DNA from: Podarcis gaigeae
Lineage: Eukaryota
Direction: 5' to 3' (one strand)
Length of the DNA: 64,000 bases
NCBI GenBank assembly: GCA_964106915.2
Contig: OZ066925.1
Every line of letters starts with the position of its first letter. The stretch's first letter is position 1. Made by a program: the position numbers and the translations under genes. The notes below the pieces were generated by a model. That model made no database searches. It was not told the DNA's origin and was given only the letters and a program-made list of their open reading frames with translations. Below, piece by piece: positions 1-11,840 of this stretch.

Positions 1-310
1 AAAAAAATGGTCTGTCCCTGGGGTTCAAAACTATCTCAGGAAATTTTTTTGGAGCATTTGTTCTAGAGTAAGATAGCATAAGTGAATATCAAAGAGCTTG
101 TCTGCATAAAACAAGGTATCAGATATATTCAATTCTGTCTGATTCATAGTAATCTATATTCCTGTAGTGTCATCATACCCAGGATACAATCAGGGCAAGC
201 TAAGTTGTTCGTTACACTGTTATTGTGCAACGCTACAATCCTATGTACTTTACTTGGGAGGTTCTTGCTTCCAAATCAACATGCACATGGCTGAAATTAT
301 TAAGCAAGAG

Positions 311-514
311 TTGTTCCAACATTAGTGCCTTATTTCCTCAACAGGACCCACTACTGCCAAACCTGTTGAGGAAATAAGGGTCATGCCAAGTGTTATTTCT
401 CATCTTCCCTCTCAGTTTGGGGGCAGTCTCAAAAACTGTGGTTAGGACAGTGACACCAGGAAAATTGTCCGTGTTACAGAGGTAAGTGAGAGAGGCACTG
501 TAATGTTGGAACAA
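311..514. repeat. Degenerate MITE-like element with inverted ends and an internal 18-bp perfect hairpin
   Basis: TTGTTCCAACATTA-GTGCCT (311-330) is inverted against AGGCACTGTAATGTTGGAACAA (493-514). CCTTATTTCCTCAACAGG (328-345) is the exact reverse complement of 362-379. Confidence 0.55.
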
Positions 515-552
515 AGCATGCCTTCCTTCTCAAGTCTCCTGTTTCACAGAGT

Positions 553-792
553 TAAGGGAGCATCCACAAGATCACACTGAACAGCAGGGACGAGCAGTCT
601 CTCTTTGCCAGCCACCCTCACAAATATGGAGTTGGTAAACAAAAGGATAGATTTAAAATACATATAGCACATGTATATTTGTATATATGCATTTAATATT
701 TCTTCTTTTAAATACCAACCCCGTATTTGTGAGTGGCTGGCAAATAGAGACTGCTAACCCCTGCTGTTCGGTGTGATCATGTGGACGCCCTA
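553..792. mobile_element. Palindromic MITE forming a ~240-bp fold-back, possibly PIF/Harbinger-like
   Basis: 555-637 and 713-791 are near-perfect reverse complements and the AT-rich centre is also partly self-complementary. Flanked by TAA/TAT. Confidence 0.75.
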
Positions 793-829
793 TATATTTA
801 GGGACCAAGTTCGCCCTGTGCTTTTAGCC

Positions 830-1990
830 ATGCTTGGTTTTCGGCGGGAAGCTCCAGGCCGCGCGAAAAGCTTTGCTTAAGGGCGGGATGAAGGGCACGA
901 GTTCACGCGGGGGGTCAAACCGGGGCGCAGCAATGTTCTTTTCTCGGGCGGACTCTTTCATTGGGGTCAACGACCTGTGCCTTCCTTTCCAGCATTATGT
1001 GGAGCTTCACAAGGTCGAAAGATGCCCAGCAGCAGCAGCAGCAGCAGCCTCTTCCTTATCTTGCATAAGGGCGCATGCTCGAAACCTGATAAAATCGCCG
1101 CCGCCAAAGCCTATGAGTCAGCGCTGCGGGGCCTCTGGGGACGCCGCGTCCCTCCGGCAGGAGACACCGGCGTCTCCACCGCCCGTGGAAGGGAAGGGCC
1201 GCTGCAGGGCGATGACCGGGGGGGGGGGGGAAGGCCATGAAGGGCCGCGATTCCGCCGCCCGCCGCGCTCCTGCTCCAGGCCACGTGGAGGCGGCCCGGC
1301 CTCTCTCCCAGGCCTCTCCCCCCGGGCTCACCTGCCTGACCTTGGCCTTCCGCACAGCCCGCTCCCGCCTCGACCCGCTTCTCCTCCCTGCCCGGCCTAC
1401 AGCGCAGGCTTCTGCTTCTCCCCTAACCCCGCTCCTCCGGTTCGGGGTGCCCCCCTCCATTCCTCACACGAGAGGCTCCCGCTCCCCCATTCATTACCAC
1501 GCAAAGTAGAGGTAGGGATGCAAAGCCGCCGCCGCCGCCGCCGCGCGTTCTCCCGTCAAGAGTTCCGCAGACTGAGCCCAAGGGCACCCCGTACACAGCG
1601 CTATGTAACCGGTGTCCGCGCAACCAAGTTTCCCTCCGGAGGCCTGCCGCCGTCTCTCCCAACTGGCCAATCGGACGCCGGTTCGGAGAAGCTCTATTGG
1701 CCCAGCCGGACGCCTGTCAGCGTGACTAATCTCAGCAGGTTAGGTTGAGCCCGAGGGGATCTCGGGTGAGCCGGCTTTGGCGTTGCGCAAAGGCAGGGAC
1801 GTAGGGAGATGACGACAGCGGCGCATGTGCAGAAGAGGGATAGCGGCAAGGTCAAGCACGCTTGAGGATGCTGGCTTAAAAAAAAAAAGGTCATGTGATT
1901 GGATGCTCCTCCCTACAGAAAGTGACGTGCATGGGAATTCCGCCCAGTGTGTGATTGGGCGAGGATATTGCAGTTCCTCTTCGTACAATG
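830..1990 (-). promoter_or_regulatory. CYCS: CpG island promoter of a minus-strand gene, probably cytochrome c (CYCS)
   Basis: Seen: GC/CpG-rich island with NRF-1-like GCGCATG motifs (1071-1080, 1821-1830), ERR-like CAAGGTCA/TGACCTTG (1847-1854, 1337-1344), CRE-like TGACGT (1923-1928) and CCAAT/ATTGG boxes (1667, 1696, 1898, 1954). Inference: CYCS lies next to the C7orf31 3' end on the same strand in amniotes. No CYCS coding sequence is in the window. Confidence 0.6.
1498..1575 (-). other. CYCS: Candidate non-coding first exon of the CpG-island gene (probably CYCS exon 1)
   Basis: Minus strand reads TCAGTC (Inr-like, about 1571-1576), (GGC)n, then donor GTG|GTAATG at 1497-1492. An alternative donor CAG|GTGAGC lies at 1331-1326. 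Boundaries are uncertain. Confidence 0.35.
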
Positions 1991-3895
1991 AAGGGGGATG
2001 CCCCATTCAGGTAATGATGGTGTAGTCACAAAGTTACAGGTAAATGATGCAATTAGAGAGCAAGACAAGTTGGAACGACGCTATTAACCTTTGCACCCTG
2101 AGCAAAGTATTAAATTGTATAGTCTGAGGATTATTATGCCACATTTTTTTTAAAAGGGCTAAAGGTTGTTTTCTCACCTGAGTCTCTCTGAGTAAATATT
2201 CAAACACAGAATAAGAAAGAGGTGGGATAAAAACAGTTTAGCATACAGCCATATATTTTTCTGGGAGCAAGCTGCATTGAAATCAATGTGATTTGCTTCT
2301 GAGAAGACATGTATAGGTTTGCAGCTCTTGAAATGAAATGCATATTCTAGCTAATGTAGATTTTACATTAGGGATATCATATAATAATTTTGTTTTTGAA
2401 GAAGCCTTTTAGTGCCCTTTGTGACAGTGCTGGATTGTGTCGATATGACATTGCAAAATTTAGTGCCACAATTGTATATGCCCCAGAACACCTCTCTTAC
2501 TGCCTTTGAATTCCCACTCAAAGCTCACCTTTTATGGGATATCTTGTGCAACCTCCCAAGGTCCTATGCCTTACAACAAGGATCGCCAACATGGCACCCT
2601 TCGGATGCTGCTGGACTACAACTGCCCTCAGTTGCAGGCAGCATGGCCCGTGGTCAGAGATGATGGGAGCTGTAGTCCAACAAGCTGTAGTCCACCTAGT
2701 GCAAACTGCAATGACCCTTACTCCAGGCTCAGTTACAGTGAGGCAGGGATAGCCTAACTAGATGTTATGTCAATCACATGGATAGTGTCCATATCAAGGG
2801 ATTGACAAAAATTTAATTTTAGGCATGGTGAGTAAGAGGATTTTTTAAAAATGAGGCCACATTGCATGGGAAGAGCAGCTTTAACTCTTTCGTATGAAGT
2901 GATAGGATCCTCTAGAAAATCACCCACCACCATCATAGTACAGGCATGGGTGCTTTTTGCTAATTCAAATTGCTGAGGTTTTGGTCAGGCAAGGGAAGGG
3001 TTAAGTCTCCCCTCCCTGTGCATTGCAGCCCTGATAACAATTGCACACCTCCCACCTAGCATTATATTGATTTTAAATCCCATGATGTGGTTACTAGCCA
3101 TATAGTTAGCTGGAAAATGCTGGTGGGTGGTTAAAGGTCACTGATGTGGATTTACTGAGTATTCTCAGTAAATGCAAATACACGTTGCATTCTGTGTATT
3201 TTGTGTCCACCATAATAAATGAACCGAAAGTTCCACTTCATTGCCTGAACAAGGAAGTTAGAGTACTTCTACAGCTATGCAGGCAAAGGTTGTTGGCTCC
3301 TCCCTTTTATGGAGCTCTTAAAAGCACATGATCTCCATATAGTTTGACAGGTGAGTAGCAAATTGACTCTTCCACTATATTTTAAATTAATTAATTAGTT
3401 GAAAATATTTTTTCTCTCTGGGGGGATTTGTGCATATAGATGAGGAGTGGGGAAAACTTCTCTGTTGTGGGCTGCACTTATTCTGGGGTGATCTATCAGG
3501 GGCTGTGTTCCATAAGTAGACAGGACAAGAGCCCAAAGTGGGTGGGGTCACCCCCCCTCTTTTGCCCTTCCTCCGCCTTCCTTCCCAGTGAGCTGTTAGA
3601 GACAGGTTTGGTCTTGCCACAAACATATCCTAATTGCTTCCAGAGTGCTTCCCCCTCATTCCACTTTCCATCGTTTGATTAATTTTCCCTCCCCACATTT
3701 TAAATCCTTCCCTCTCCCTTCTCGCTTGGTGCTCTCAACATGTGCAAGAAATTAGGCCCTTCTGCTCTCTCACATGAAGTTGAATACACGAAAGAGATCC
3801 TTGCATATGCAATACTGCATAAAGGAAAGGAAAAGCTCTCTCACATTCAGTAGAACACACACATGTCAGGGTCATAGAAAGAGAGGTGTGCTGAT

Positions 3896-4105
3896 GACAG
3901 CCAGTGTGGCGTAGTGGTCAGAGCCTCAGACTAGAGCCTGGGAGACGAAGGTTCAAATCCCCACCCGATCATGAAGCTCACTGGGTGACCCTGGGTCAGT
4001 CACTGCCTCTCATCCTAACCTACCTCACAGGGTTGCTGTTGGGATTAAATGAGGAGGGGGGGGAGAACCATGCGCAGCGCCACCTTGAGTTCCTTGAAGA
4101 AAAAT
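3896..4105 (+). mobile_element. tRNA-derived SINE, Squam3/MIR-like
   Basis: A box TGGCGTAGTGG and B box GGTTCAAATCC followed by MIR-like core CTGGGTGACC...CTACCTCACAGGGTTG. Confidence 0.75.
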
Positions 4106-4120
4106 GCAAATTAACAACTA

Positions 4121-4742
4121 CAGTGGTACCTTGGTTCTCAAATGCCTTGGTTCCCAAACACCGAAAACCCAGAAGTAAGTTTTTGAATGTTTTTCGGAAG
4201 CTGAATGTCCAATGTAGCTGTTGGCTATTGTTTCCGGGGCGCCTGCACCAATCAGAAGCTGTGCCTTGGTTTTCGAATGTTTTGTAAGTCAAACGGACTT
4301 CCGGAAAGGATTAAGTTTGGCACTTTTGTTTTTGCTATTTTGCATTTTGTTTTTGAGGCTTTTTCAGTTAATTTGTTTTTGTGACTGTGTGGATTGATTG
4401 ATGGTGTGATTGCAGAAATGGATAAAAGCCCGCTATCCAAACAATGACTATAATCAGTGCAGGTAAGAAAAATAATAATTTTAATTGTTATCATCTGCAA
4501 TACTGTCGTATTTATTTTATAGTACAGTACATTGATTATTGCTTTCATTTTATGGATCAATGGTCTCGTTAGATAGTAAAATTCATGTTAAATTGCTGTT
4601 TTAGGGGTTGTTTTCAGAAGTCTGCAATGGATTAATCCATTTTGCATTACTTTCTATGGGAAAGCGTGCCTTGGTTTTGGAATGCTTTGGTTTTAGAAAG
4701 GACTTCTGGAATGGATTAAATTTGAGAACCAAGGTACCGCTG
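4121..4742. mobile_element. Tc1/mariner (Tigger-like) non-autonomous DNA transposon
   Basis: TIRs CAGTGGTACCTTGGTTCTCAAA / TTTGAGAACCAAGGTACCGCTG with TA target duplications. Confidence 0.85.
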
Positions 4743-5017
4743 TACCTCATAATATTAGAGGCATGGCTAGCAGGTGTGGCCCTAGGTGCAAAGAGGCTTT
4801 ATGTCTTGTTCTCATTTGATTCCTCCCAAACCACTTCAGAGCTGCCTCAACCTGCCTTTGGACGACACTGAATCAGTACTTCACGCAAAAAACTGAAAAA
4901 CTAGGAGAGTGTTTTATAAAGCACAGCAAGCTAATTCAGAAGCCGCAACTGGAGAAATCGGCTGAGATTATTTTCGCCCTTCTCTTTCACTTTTTTTTGA
5001 AAGGGTGAGGACGTGTG

Positions 5018-5806
5018 TCAGTTATAGTGATAGGCATTCACGCCGTAGAATTTGTGCCTTCTGCCTTTCCTGTCGTGATCCCTCAGGTCCCTTATTCCTC
5101 CTCTAGTTAGATCACTCAGGCGCTTGATGGCTTCACCCTTCCTAAAACAATACTGCATATCGTTTAATTTTGTCTGAGGCCGAGCTATCCCGCAGTTAGG
5201 AATCCATTCTGGGAAAGTGGACCTGCTTTCGATCCCTGGGAACACATTAGGTACACATTGAACACCCGGGATGTCATCACAGGTTTCAAAGCTCACCTCC
5301 GTTGGGCCTGGTTTAGAGAGGCTGATGGGATGGTGCCACACAATGTAATTGCTTAAGCGGGAGGGGGGCAGATCTTCGTAGCGAAGGGATTCAGCGGGCT
5401 TCACAACAATCTCTGGTTCGGGGGGGACAGCAAGCTGCCTTTGATACAACTTCTCCGTCTTCCAAGTATCTGTAATTTTCTGAAACCTGCTCCACGGGAG
5501 TTTTGTATGTTTCATGCTTTCTCTTGGGTTACCTACCGGACGATCAATCTGATTTTGTTGGAAGTCTTCAATTCTCTTTTTTGCTCCGCTGTCTGTTTCC
5601 GGAGGCATTTGCCCACTGCTGCTCTGCACTGCATCTAAACATTTGCGTATGAGTGACTCGCCTGTCCATTGAGGTGGGTGCTCACAAATATAGCCAGGAT
5701 CCTGCTGCTGAGGGTCATAGGGGCGAATTGGTTTGCCTTGAAGTGCGCGAGCAATACGTCCTTCTAAGGGTCTTACTTGAGTCTCAGCTGACGGAAATGA
5801 ATCTCT
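5018..5806 (-). CDS. C7orf31: C7orf31/SPMIP4 last coding exon (8/8), 263 codons including stop
   Basis: Acceptor TGTTTTTCAG| at 5807. Open frame RDSFPSAETQVRPLEGRIAR...LRDHDRKGRRHKFYGVNAYHYN*. RPLEGRIAR and the C-terminus resemble human C7orf31 (recalled). Contains ORF 5018..5629. Confidence 0.9.
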   Translation of the reverse strand, partial: RDSFPSAETQVRPLEGRIARALQGKPIRPYDPQQQDPGYICEHPPQWTGESLIRKCLDAVQSSSGQMPPETDSGAKKRIEDFQQNQIDRPVGNPRESMKHTKLPWSRFQKITDTWKTEKLYQRQLAVPPEPEIVVKPAESLRYEDLPPSRLSNYIVWHHPISLSKPGPTEVSFETCDDIPGVQCVPNVFPGIESRSTFPEWIPNCGIARPQTKLNDMQYCFRKGEAIKRLSDLTRGGIRDLRDHDRKGRRHKFYGVNAYHYN

Positions 5807-6225
5807 CTGAAAAACAGATAGCTTGGGATTGATAGCTACCCTTTCTGTTTACAGTGAGGTTCTCTAAAGACAACTCTCAGAGCAGCAATGGGGAACTTTT
5901 GGCCCTCCAGATGCAGTTAGATTCCCAACTCCCATCAGCCCTAGTCAGCATGGCCAATGGTCAGGGGTGATGGGAGTTGTAGTCCAGCAGTATCTGCCAT
6001 GCCAGAAATACCCCATTTCTGTTATAGGACCAAACTAGATACTGTATATCATTTGCTTGATGATTTAATATTTAAATAAATTGTCCTTCGTGCAAGCAAA
6101 TTCCAGGGCAGTGTATGATAATATCAGCAACAAGAGAATACAAGAAACCAAAAGACAACATCTATGAAACGAACAAACAGACCGGAGGACAGATGTAACC
6201 CTTTAAAAATGTGTGTTCAAAGAAC

Positions 6226-6501
6226 AGGGCCAGGCGATACTTGGTTTTCAACAGCGTGATATATCACCAGCTAAACATTGCGACATATTGATATATCGTG
6301 ATGTCTGAAATAAGGATGGAGCTATGTATAAAGGCATTGTCTGGGTTCACGGTTTTCCCCACATTGCGATGTTTTGCATAGCACACACAAACGCACATCA
6401 AGATTCATGATATATTGCCAGGTCAAAAAGTATGAAGCCGATACCACAATATGGGCTTCACACTGGTTTTGGACGATATAGTGACATGTTGCGCAGCCCT
6501 A
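6226..6501. mobile_element. hAT-like MITE
   Basis: Inverted AGGGC...GCCCT termini with repeated internal GATAT/ATATCG subterminal motifs. Confidence 0.5.
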
Positions 6502-7112
6502 TCAAAGAGGAAAGTCTTAACCTGGTGCTGAAAAGATCGCAACTTCAGTGTCATTGCAAGATTAAAAGCCACTGTAGGCATTGCAAGGTGACAGCTATGT
6601 CCAGGGTATTACCTTTTTTTACCGTTTATTTCCATTATTATTAGTAATAACATTTTATTTGTTCCACTCCATTAAAGAAAAGCTTTAATGAAGACATTTC
6701 ATCACCACAGATCAATAAAAAGTGTCTCATCACGAACAAAGCTAATGCATAGAAAAAATGTGCCTTGCAACAATAAGGTTGCAGCATGGAATGTCGCTGT
6801 TCAGAATTCCAGCCTCTCCATTCCATTCTCCTTCCCACCTGGTTTTCTAGGACAGTCAGCTGGCTGTTCTATGAAACTGAGCATGCTCAGTTCTCATTGG
6901 GCTGCTTTGTGGTTTCCCCCTTCCCTTAGAGACACGTTTGTTTGTTTTTGCATTTCTGCAACCACCGTGCCCACCTCCCAGCTTGATATCTCCCTCTTGG
7001 GTGCTGTGGGTGGGTGCTGCCCTTCGGGCTACATAATCAATGGCACTCACAGCCTGAACATCAGAAATGGAAGGGAACAATCAGCTTGAAAGGTCCTAGT
7101 TGCCATACTTAC

Positions 7113-7204
7113 GAGTTCAACATCCATGCCCAGTTCTCCAGTTGCTCTGCCAATCATCTTGGGATCATGGTCATCCAGCAGCAAGGGGTTCATAGAACCT
7201 TTAC
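7113..7204 (-). CDS. C7orf31: C7orf31/SPMIP4 coding exon 7 (92 nt, phase 1->0)
   Basis: AG/GTAAGT boundaries. GKGSMNPLLLDDHDPKMIGRATGELGMDVEL resembles human GLGPMDPLELDDYHEKM. Confidence 0.85.
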
Positions 7205-7926
7205 CTTAAGCAAGACAATGTTGACATCAGTTTAGGAAGTTAATATGTAATATGTGGTATGCAATAATATTGTTATGTGTTACCCCAGTCTCCAAGCTGG
7301 TAGAGACTCCAGGGGTACCTGTGCTTAACCCAGGATTTAGTTTCCTTGGAATGAAAGCCAATGGAGATGGTGGTGTCTCCAGGATAAATGGTTTTACACA
7401 CATATATATCCCAAGCATAGGATGGAGTGGCTCACAGCAACAACACCTACCCCTGTAGTTTTTGCTTCCCCTTTAAGCTTCCAGGGGAGACACAAAGTCA
7501 TGTCTCTGTGTCTGCAGCTTCAACATCCAGCTCCCACCTCACAGATATACCAATTTTGGGCATTGTTCTTCTACTGTACCTAGGATCATGTGGCCTTTAG
7601 TCAGGTGAAGGGAGTGGGGAAGATGCCTATGGCCCCCTTTCCTGGAGAATAGCATCACTTAGCTCGTTCTTTGAGATGCTCACGAAGGCTTCACTAAAGC
7701 CATTACCATGATAAGTTTGACCCATTCTGCAGGTTCCCTCGTATATATTCCAGCCTTACAGGTACAGGTCCCAAGTATTGGGACCCCAGGTATCATCAAG
7801 ACTGTCCCCCCCAAAAAAACCTCCCCTCATCATAATATTTTGGAAAATGCAGAGCAAGTCTCAAGATGATTTATCTTAGGTATTTTGTGTTCCAGCCTTA
7901 ATCTCTCACGTTTAAAAGGTGTGTAC

Positions 7927-8092
7927 CTGTGTAGTCACGCTTGTAAGTCGACAACCAGAGGGCCTTTTTGACATTTTCCAGCATGTTGGCAGCTCTGAAT
8001 GAAATGTCAAGCTCCGGGGGTTTGGAAGTCTTCTTGCGGCCCCCCTTTGGGGAAGCATTTGGGTCGCCTGCCTGACCATTTTCATCACCATT
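7927..8092 (-). CDS. C7orf31: C7orf31/SPMIP4 coding exon 6 (166 nt, phase 0->1)
   Basis: TTTTTATTGTCAG| acceptor and CAG|GTACAC donor. AANMLENVKKALWLSTYKRDYTG resembles human [22 protein letters not shown]. Confidence 0.85.
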
Positions 8093-8846
8093 CTGACAAT
8101 AAAAAGTAGAACAGGCATGTTAAATTCTCCTACTTGAACCATGCAAGTGTTTGCTGAGAGGGTAGGAAGGACACAACTTTCAAAACTGAAGCTGTCAGGG
8201 TTTAAAACATGGTTTTAGAAATCTGTCTAATTGGGAGCAAATGAATGAGGATGGTAAAAGTTTGGATGCACTTTCCAGATAAGAGTCTAGGGCAGGGATG
8301 GGGAGCTGTGTTCAGCTTGAAGGCCACATTCCCTTTTGAGCAACCTTCTGGAGGCCATGTGCTAATGGAGGTCAGGACCAGAGGCAAAGAGGATGGAGCC
8401 ATTAATATGAATGCTACCTTAGTACTGTGGGATATTTTCTACACACCTTCTGCCACCCCCCTCCTCCATTCAAAGAAGGCATTGCCTCTGCCATGGGCGT
8501 GTCTACTTTGTATGATTAAAAAATAATAATTTCCTCTCATTGTTCTGTTTTAAACTTTTTTAAAAAGGTCATTTTTAATTTGTGCATCATCTCGAGACAT
8601 ATATGTGGAAGGCAGTTAAGAAATAACAACAACAATAATAATAATATTATAGTCCATGAAGCTGGCTGGCAAAGGCTGGTCTACTCTGCCAGAGCTGTCT
8701 CCAAGACCTCTTTGTTACTTGAGCTTTAAATATATATATATTTAAAAGATGGAGATAACCAGGAATTGAACCTGGTTCTTTTTGATTGCTGAGCTGTAGC
8801 CCTCCCTCTAATGTTAACATCCCCAACCATAGTTGTGATTACCTAC

Positions 8847-8908
8847 AGGAAAGTATCCAAGCCGTCTGTCTAAAGGTTCGCCGGCTCTTTCATCTCTTTC
8901 GGGGCCAC
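8847..8908 (-). CDS. C7orf31: C7orf31/SPMIP4 coding exon 5 (62 nt, phase 1->0)
   Basis: TTTTAAAG| acceptor and |GTAGGT donor. The only open frame, GPERDERAGEPLDRRLGYFP, bridges the phases of exons 4 and 6. Sequence similarity is weak. Confidence 0.6.
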
Positions 8909-10020
8909 CTTTAAAATTCAGAAATACTTGATTGCATAATATGAAATTCAAGCAGCTCAGGTAAGAAGAAGAATCTGACTTGGAAGGGGGCAGCTACTTT
9001 GCTATAGTCAAGAAATGCTTCCTCATCCACTGCAAATCAGAGATCTACCAGGAGGTCTTGGCCTGTGTCCCGGTTGGGCAGAAGGCAGAAGACTACTATC
9101 TTTCGCAGAGCACTTTTTAACAATGTTTGTGGAAGAGGGGCAAAATTGGCTGAGTACACACCATACAGTAAAAGCACAATCTTGGGCACAGTACTTTGTT
9201 AAGGGTGCTCTGTGGAGGGTCAACTAAAGTTCCCAGGTTTCTTTTCGGGTTGGTGGTGGTGGTGTGTGTTTTTAATGTATGGTACACACTCTTGGTGTAC
9301 AGTCACAATTTTGCTGCCAGCACCTGAATGCAAAGAAGGAACACAGCTGAAGAATTCCTCAGAGAAGGCCATAATTCTAAACCTGATAAGCTTTGCTTGG
9401 AATAGAACTTGTCCTCTGATGGTCCCTTGCAAAACAAAAATAGAACCACACATCTTTCCATCTTTGTACTGCTTAGGGCCAGTCTAGAATGAAGTATGGG
9501 CAGACAAGAGAAAGTTTAGAAGGAGGAATGCTAATCACACTATTGTACAATAATGTCTTACAAGCCTCTTTTGTTTACTAGGCAAAGACCCCACAATGTG
9601 CTTCAGCATTCGTATTCAGCGTTGTAGTGATGGGTGGTTGGAGATAACAGCTCCTTAACTCAACTTGACCTGTTGCTTAATGCCATTACTTCCCAATGAT
9701 TAAAGCTTCTTAACACTGTGTGCATTTAAACTGGACAAATGTTCTGTGACTGTAGTAGTCTCATGAGGTTTTCCTCTTACATTACTTCCCTTTGCCTGTA
9801 ATCCGTTTTGCGTTATTGCCAACACGTTTATAGAAGTCTGAATGCGCAGTATGGTCATTCATTCATTCATTTATTTAAAAGATGTTATGCTACTTTTTCA
9901 ATGCATTCAAAGTGATTTGTGGGGAAAGGAGAAAAATTAAAACTGGAATAATAAAAATAAACATGCATATACATTGTGGTGTGCTCTCCCCAAGGAGGTT
10001 CATCCAGCACCTTCATTATA

Positions 10021-10403
10021 ACGTAAAGATAAAGGACCCCTGGACGATTAAGTCCAGTCAAAGGCAACTATGGGGTGCAGTACTCATCTCGCTTCAGGCC
10101 AAGGGAGCTGGCGTTTGTCCACAGACAGCTTTGGGGGCCATGTGACCAGCATGACTAAACCGCTTCTGGCGCAATGGAACACCATGACAGAAACCACAGC
10201 GCACGGAGATGCCGTTTACTTTCCCGCCACAGTGGTACCTATTTATTTACTTGCACTGGCGTGCTTTCGAATGGCTAGGTTGGCAGGAGCTGGGACAGAG
10301 CAATGGAAGCTCACCCCGTTGCAGGGATTTGAACGGCCAACCTTCTGATTGGCAAGCCCAAGAGGCTCAGTGGTTTAGACCACAGAGCCGCCTGCATCCC
10401 CCT
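10021..10403 (-). mobile_element. Sauria SINE inserted into an L2 3' fragment
   Basis: Full tRNA head and degenerate ACCTTT-type tail. 12-bp TSD ACCTTCATTATA at 10009-10020 and 10404-10415. Confidence 0.9.
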
Positions 10404-10616
10404 ACCTTCATTATACATCTTTAGGCACCAGGCGAAAACATTCTTCTTCAACCAGCCCTTGGCTGATTAATATTCTACAACCTTTTAAATGTGTTTGCAG
10501 AAGGAGGGGTTATAGTTTTGTTGTTTTTGTTTTAACTATTTATTTGTGCTTTTGCTTTATATTTTATCTTGTTAACCACCCTGAGATCTTGGGATGATGG
10601 GCATTATATAAATTTA

Positions 10617-10670
10617 ACAAACAAACAAAGAAACAAACAAACAAACAAACAAACAAACAAACAAACAAAC
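10617..10670 (+). repeat. (AAAC)n microsatellite at an L2 tail
   Basis: Direct reading. Confidence 0.9.
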
Positions 10671-11339
10671 GTGTGTGTCTTGGCCAGTTGAAAGCATCGT
10701 AAGGGGCAAACCCCAATAGATAGATAAAGAAGGGATGGCTTGTCTGAAAAATCAGGCTGAGAAGAACAATCCCTCAGTTTTAGAAGATATTGGGGCCACA
10801 GCTGTAAAGGCCTTGCTTTCAGTGGCATATATTTGTATTGCATGGACAGATGTATAAAGTAACAAAAGCAGGACTGGCCGGATGAAGGAGGCTTGATAAT
10901 GTTACTACATTACAGCCTAATCTCCAGGATCTCCCTGCCCCATTTCCTTGGAACAGGAGAAACCCTGCTGCAGGCCTCAGTTAAAAGCCCCAGCAGGAAC
11001 TCTGTGGAACCCTGCCAATAAACCCATTATGTTATGAGCACCTATACAGAGCTTGAATTCAAAAGTCAAGGTTCAGCCATCAGGATTGAGTCTGTGGCTT
11101 AGCCTCCTGTGACTCAGTAGATTTGAGTCTGATGGTTTTTTCACCAGCAGATTTCCATTGATTCCAAAACAGTTTTGTGCCTTACATGGATCTCGGAGTC
11201 AGAGGATGTTTAGCATTTGGACAGAAGTGTGCAGACAAGGGGGAGATGGACAAGCCCTGAATACAGAGATGGTCAATGTTTCCTCCACATACCAGATATG
11301 TCATACCTTTGCTTTTGGGAAAAGGTAGCATAACAAATA

Positions 11340-11840
11340 ATAGAATCACAGAATGGTAGAGTTGGAAGAGATCCCAAGGGACATCTAGTCCAGGAGTCAG
11401 CAAACTTTTTTAGCAGGGGGCCGGTCCACTGCCCCTCCGACCTTGTGGGGGGCTGGACTATATTTTGAAAAATATATATGAATGAATTCCTATGCACACT
11501 GGGAAGAATGGGGAAGGGGAAGGGCAGGCGTAACTCTTCATGGCAGGTTCTCAGGCCAGATTTAGGACCCAGGGAGGCCTGATCTGGCTTGGAGGCCGTA
11601 GTTTGCCGACCCCTGATCTAGTCCAACCTTCTGCACTGTAGGAATCTTAACTAGATCATACATGACTGGTGGCCATCCAACCTCTGCTTCAAAACTTCCA
11701 AGGAAGGAGAGTCTGCTACCTCTTGTGGGAGTCTGTTCCACTGCTGAACAGCTCTTGCTGTCAGAAAGTTCTTCCTGAAGTTTAGTCAGAATCTTCTTTC
11801 TTGTAACTTGAAGCCATTGGTTGGACTCCTACCCTCCAAT
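11340..11840 (-). mobile_element. CR1 LINE 3' fragment interrupted by a hAT MITE
   Basis: TAGAATCACAGAATGGTAGAGTTGGAA tail followed by CR1-like ORF2-end sequence. Confidence 0.75.
11391..11615. mobile_element. hAT non-autonomous element
   Basis: TIRs CAGGAGTCAGCAAAC / GTTTGCCGACCCCTG with perfect 8-bp TSD ATCTAGTC. Confidence 0.9.

Noticed and set aside
834-1748. 304-aa plus-strand ORF and overlapping ORFs
   Set aside because: By-product of a stop-poor CpG island with (CAG)n and (GCC)n tracts. Low complexity and no recognisable domain.
10070-10424. Recurrent ORFs with TARLAGAGTEQ (also 19637, 32366, 56963)
   Set aside because: Antisense translations of Sauria SINE copies, not a protein family
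11187-11256. Possible extra C7orf31 exon with AG/GTAAGG boundaries
   Set aside because: The open frame has phases 0->2, which do not fit the neighbours. The phase 1 frame has a stop.
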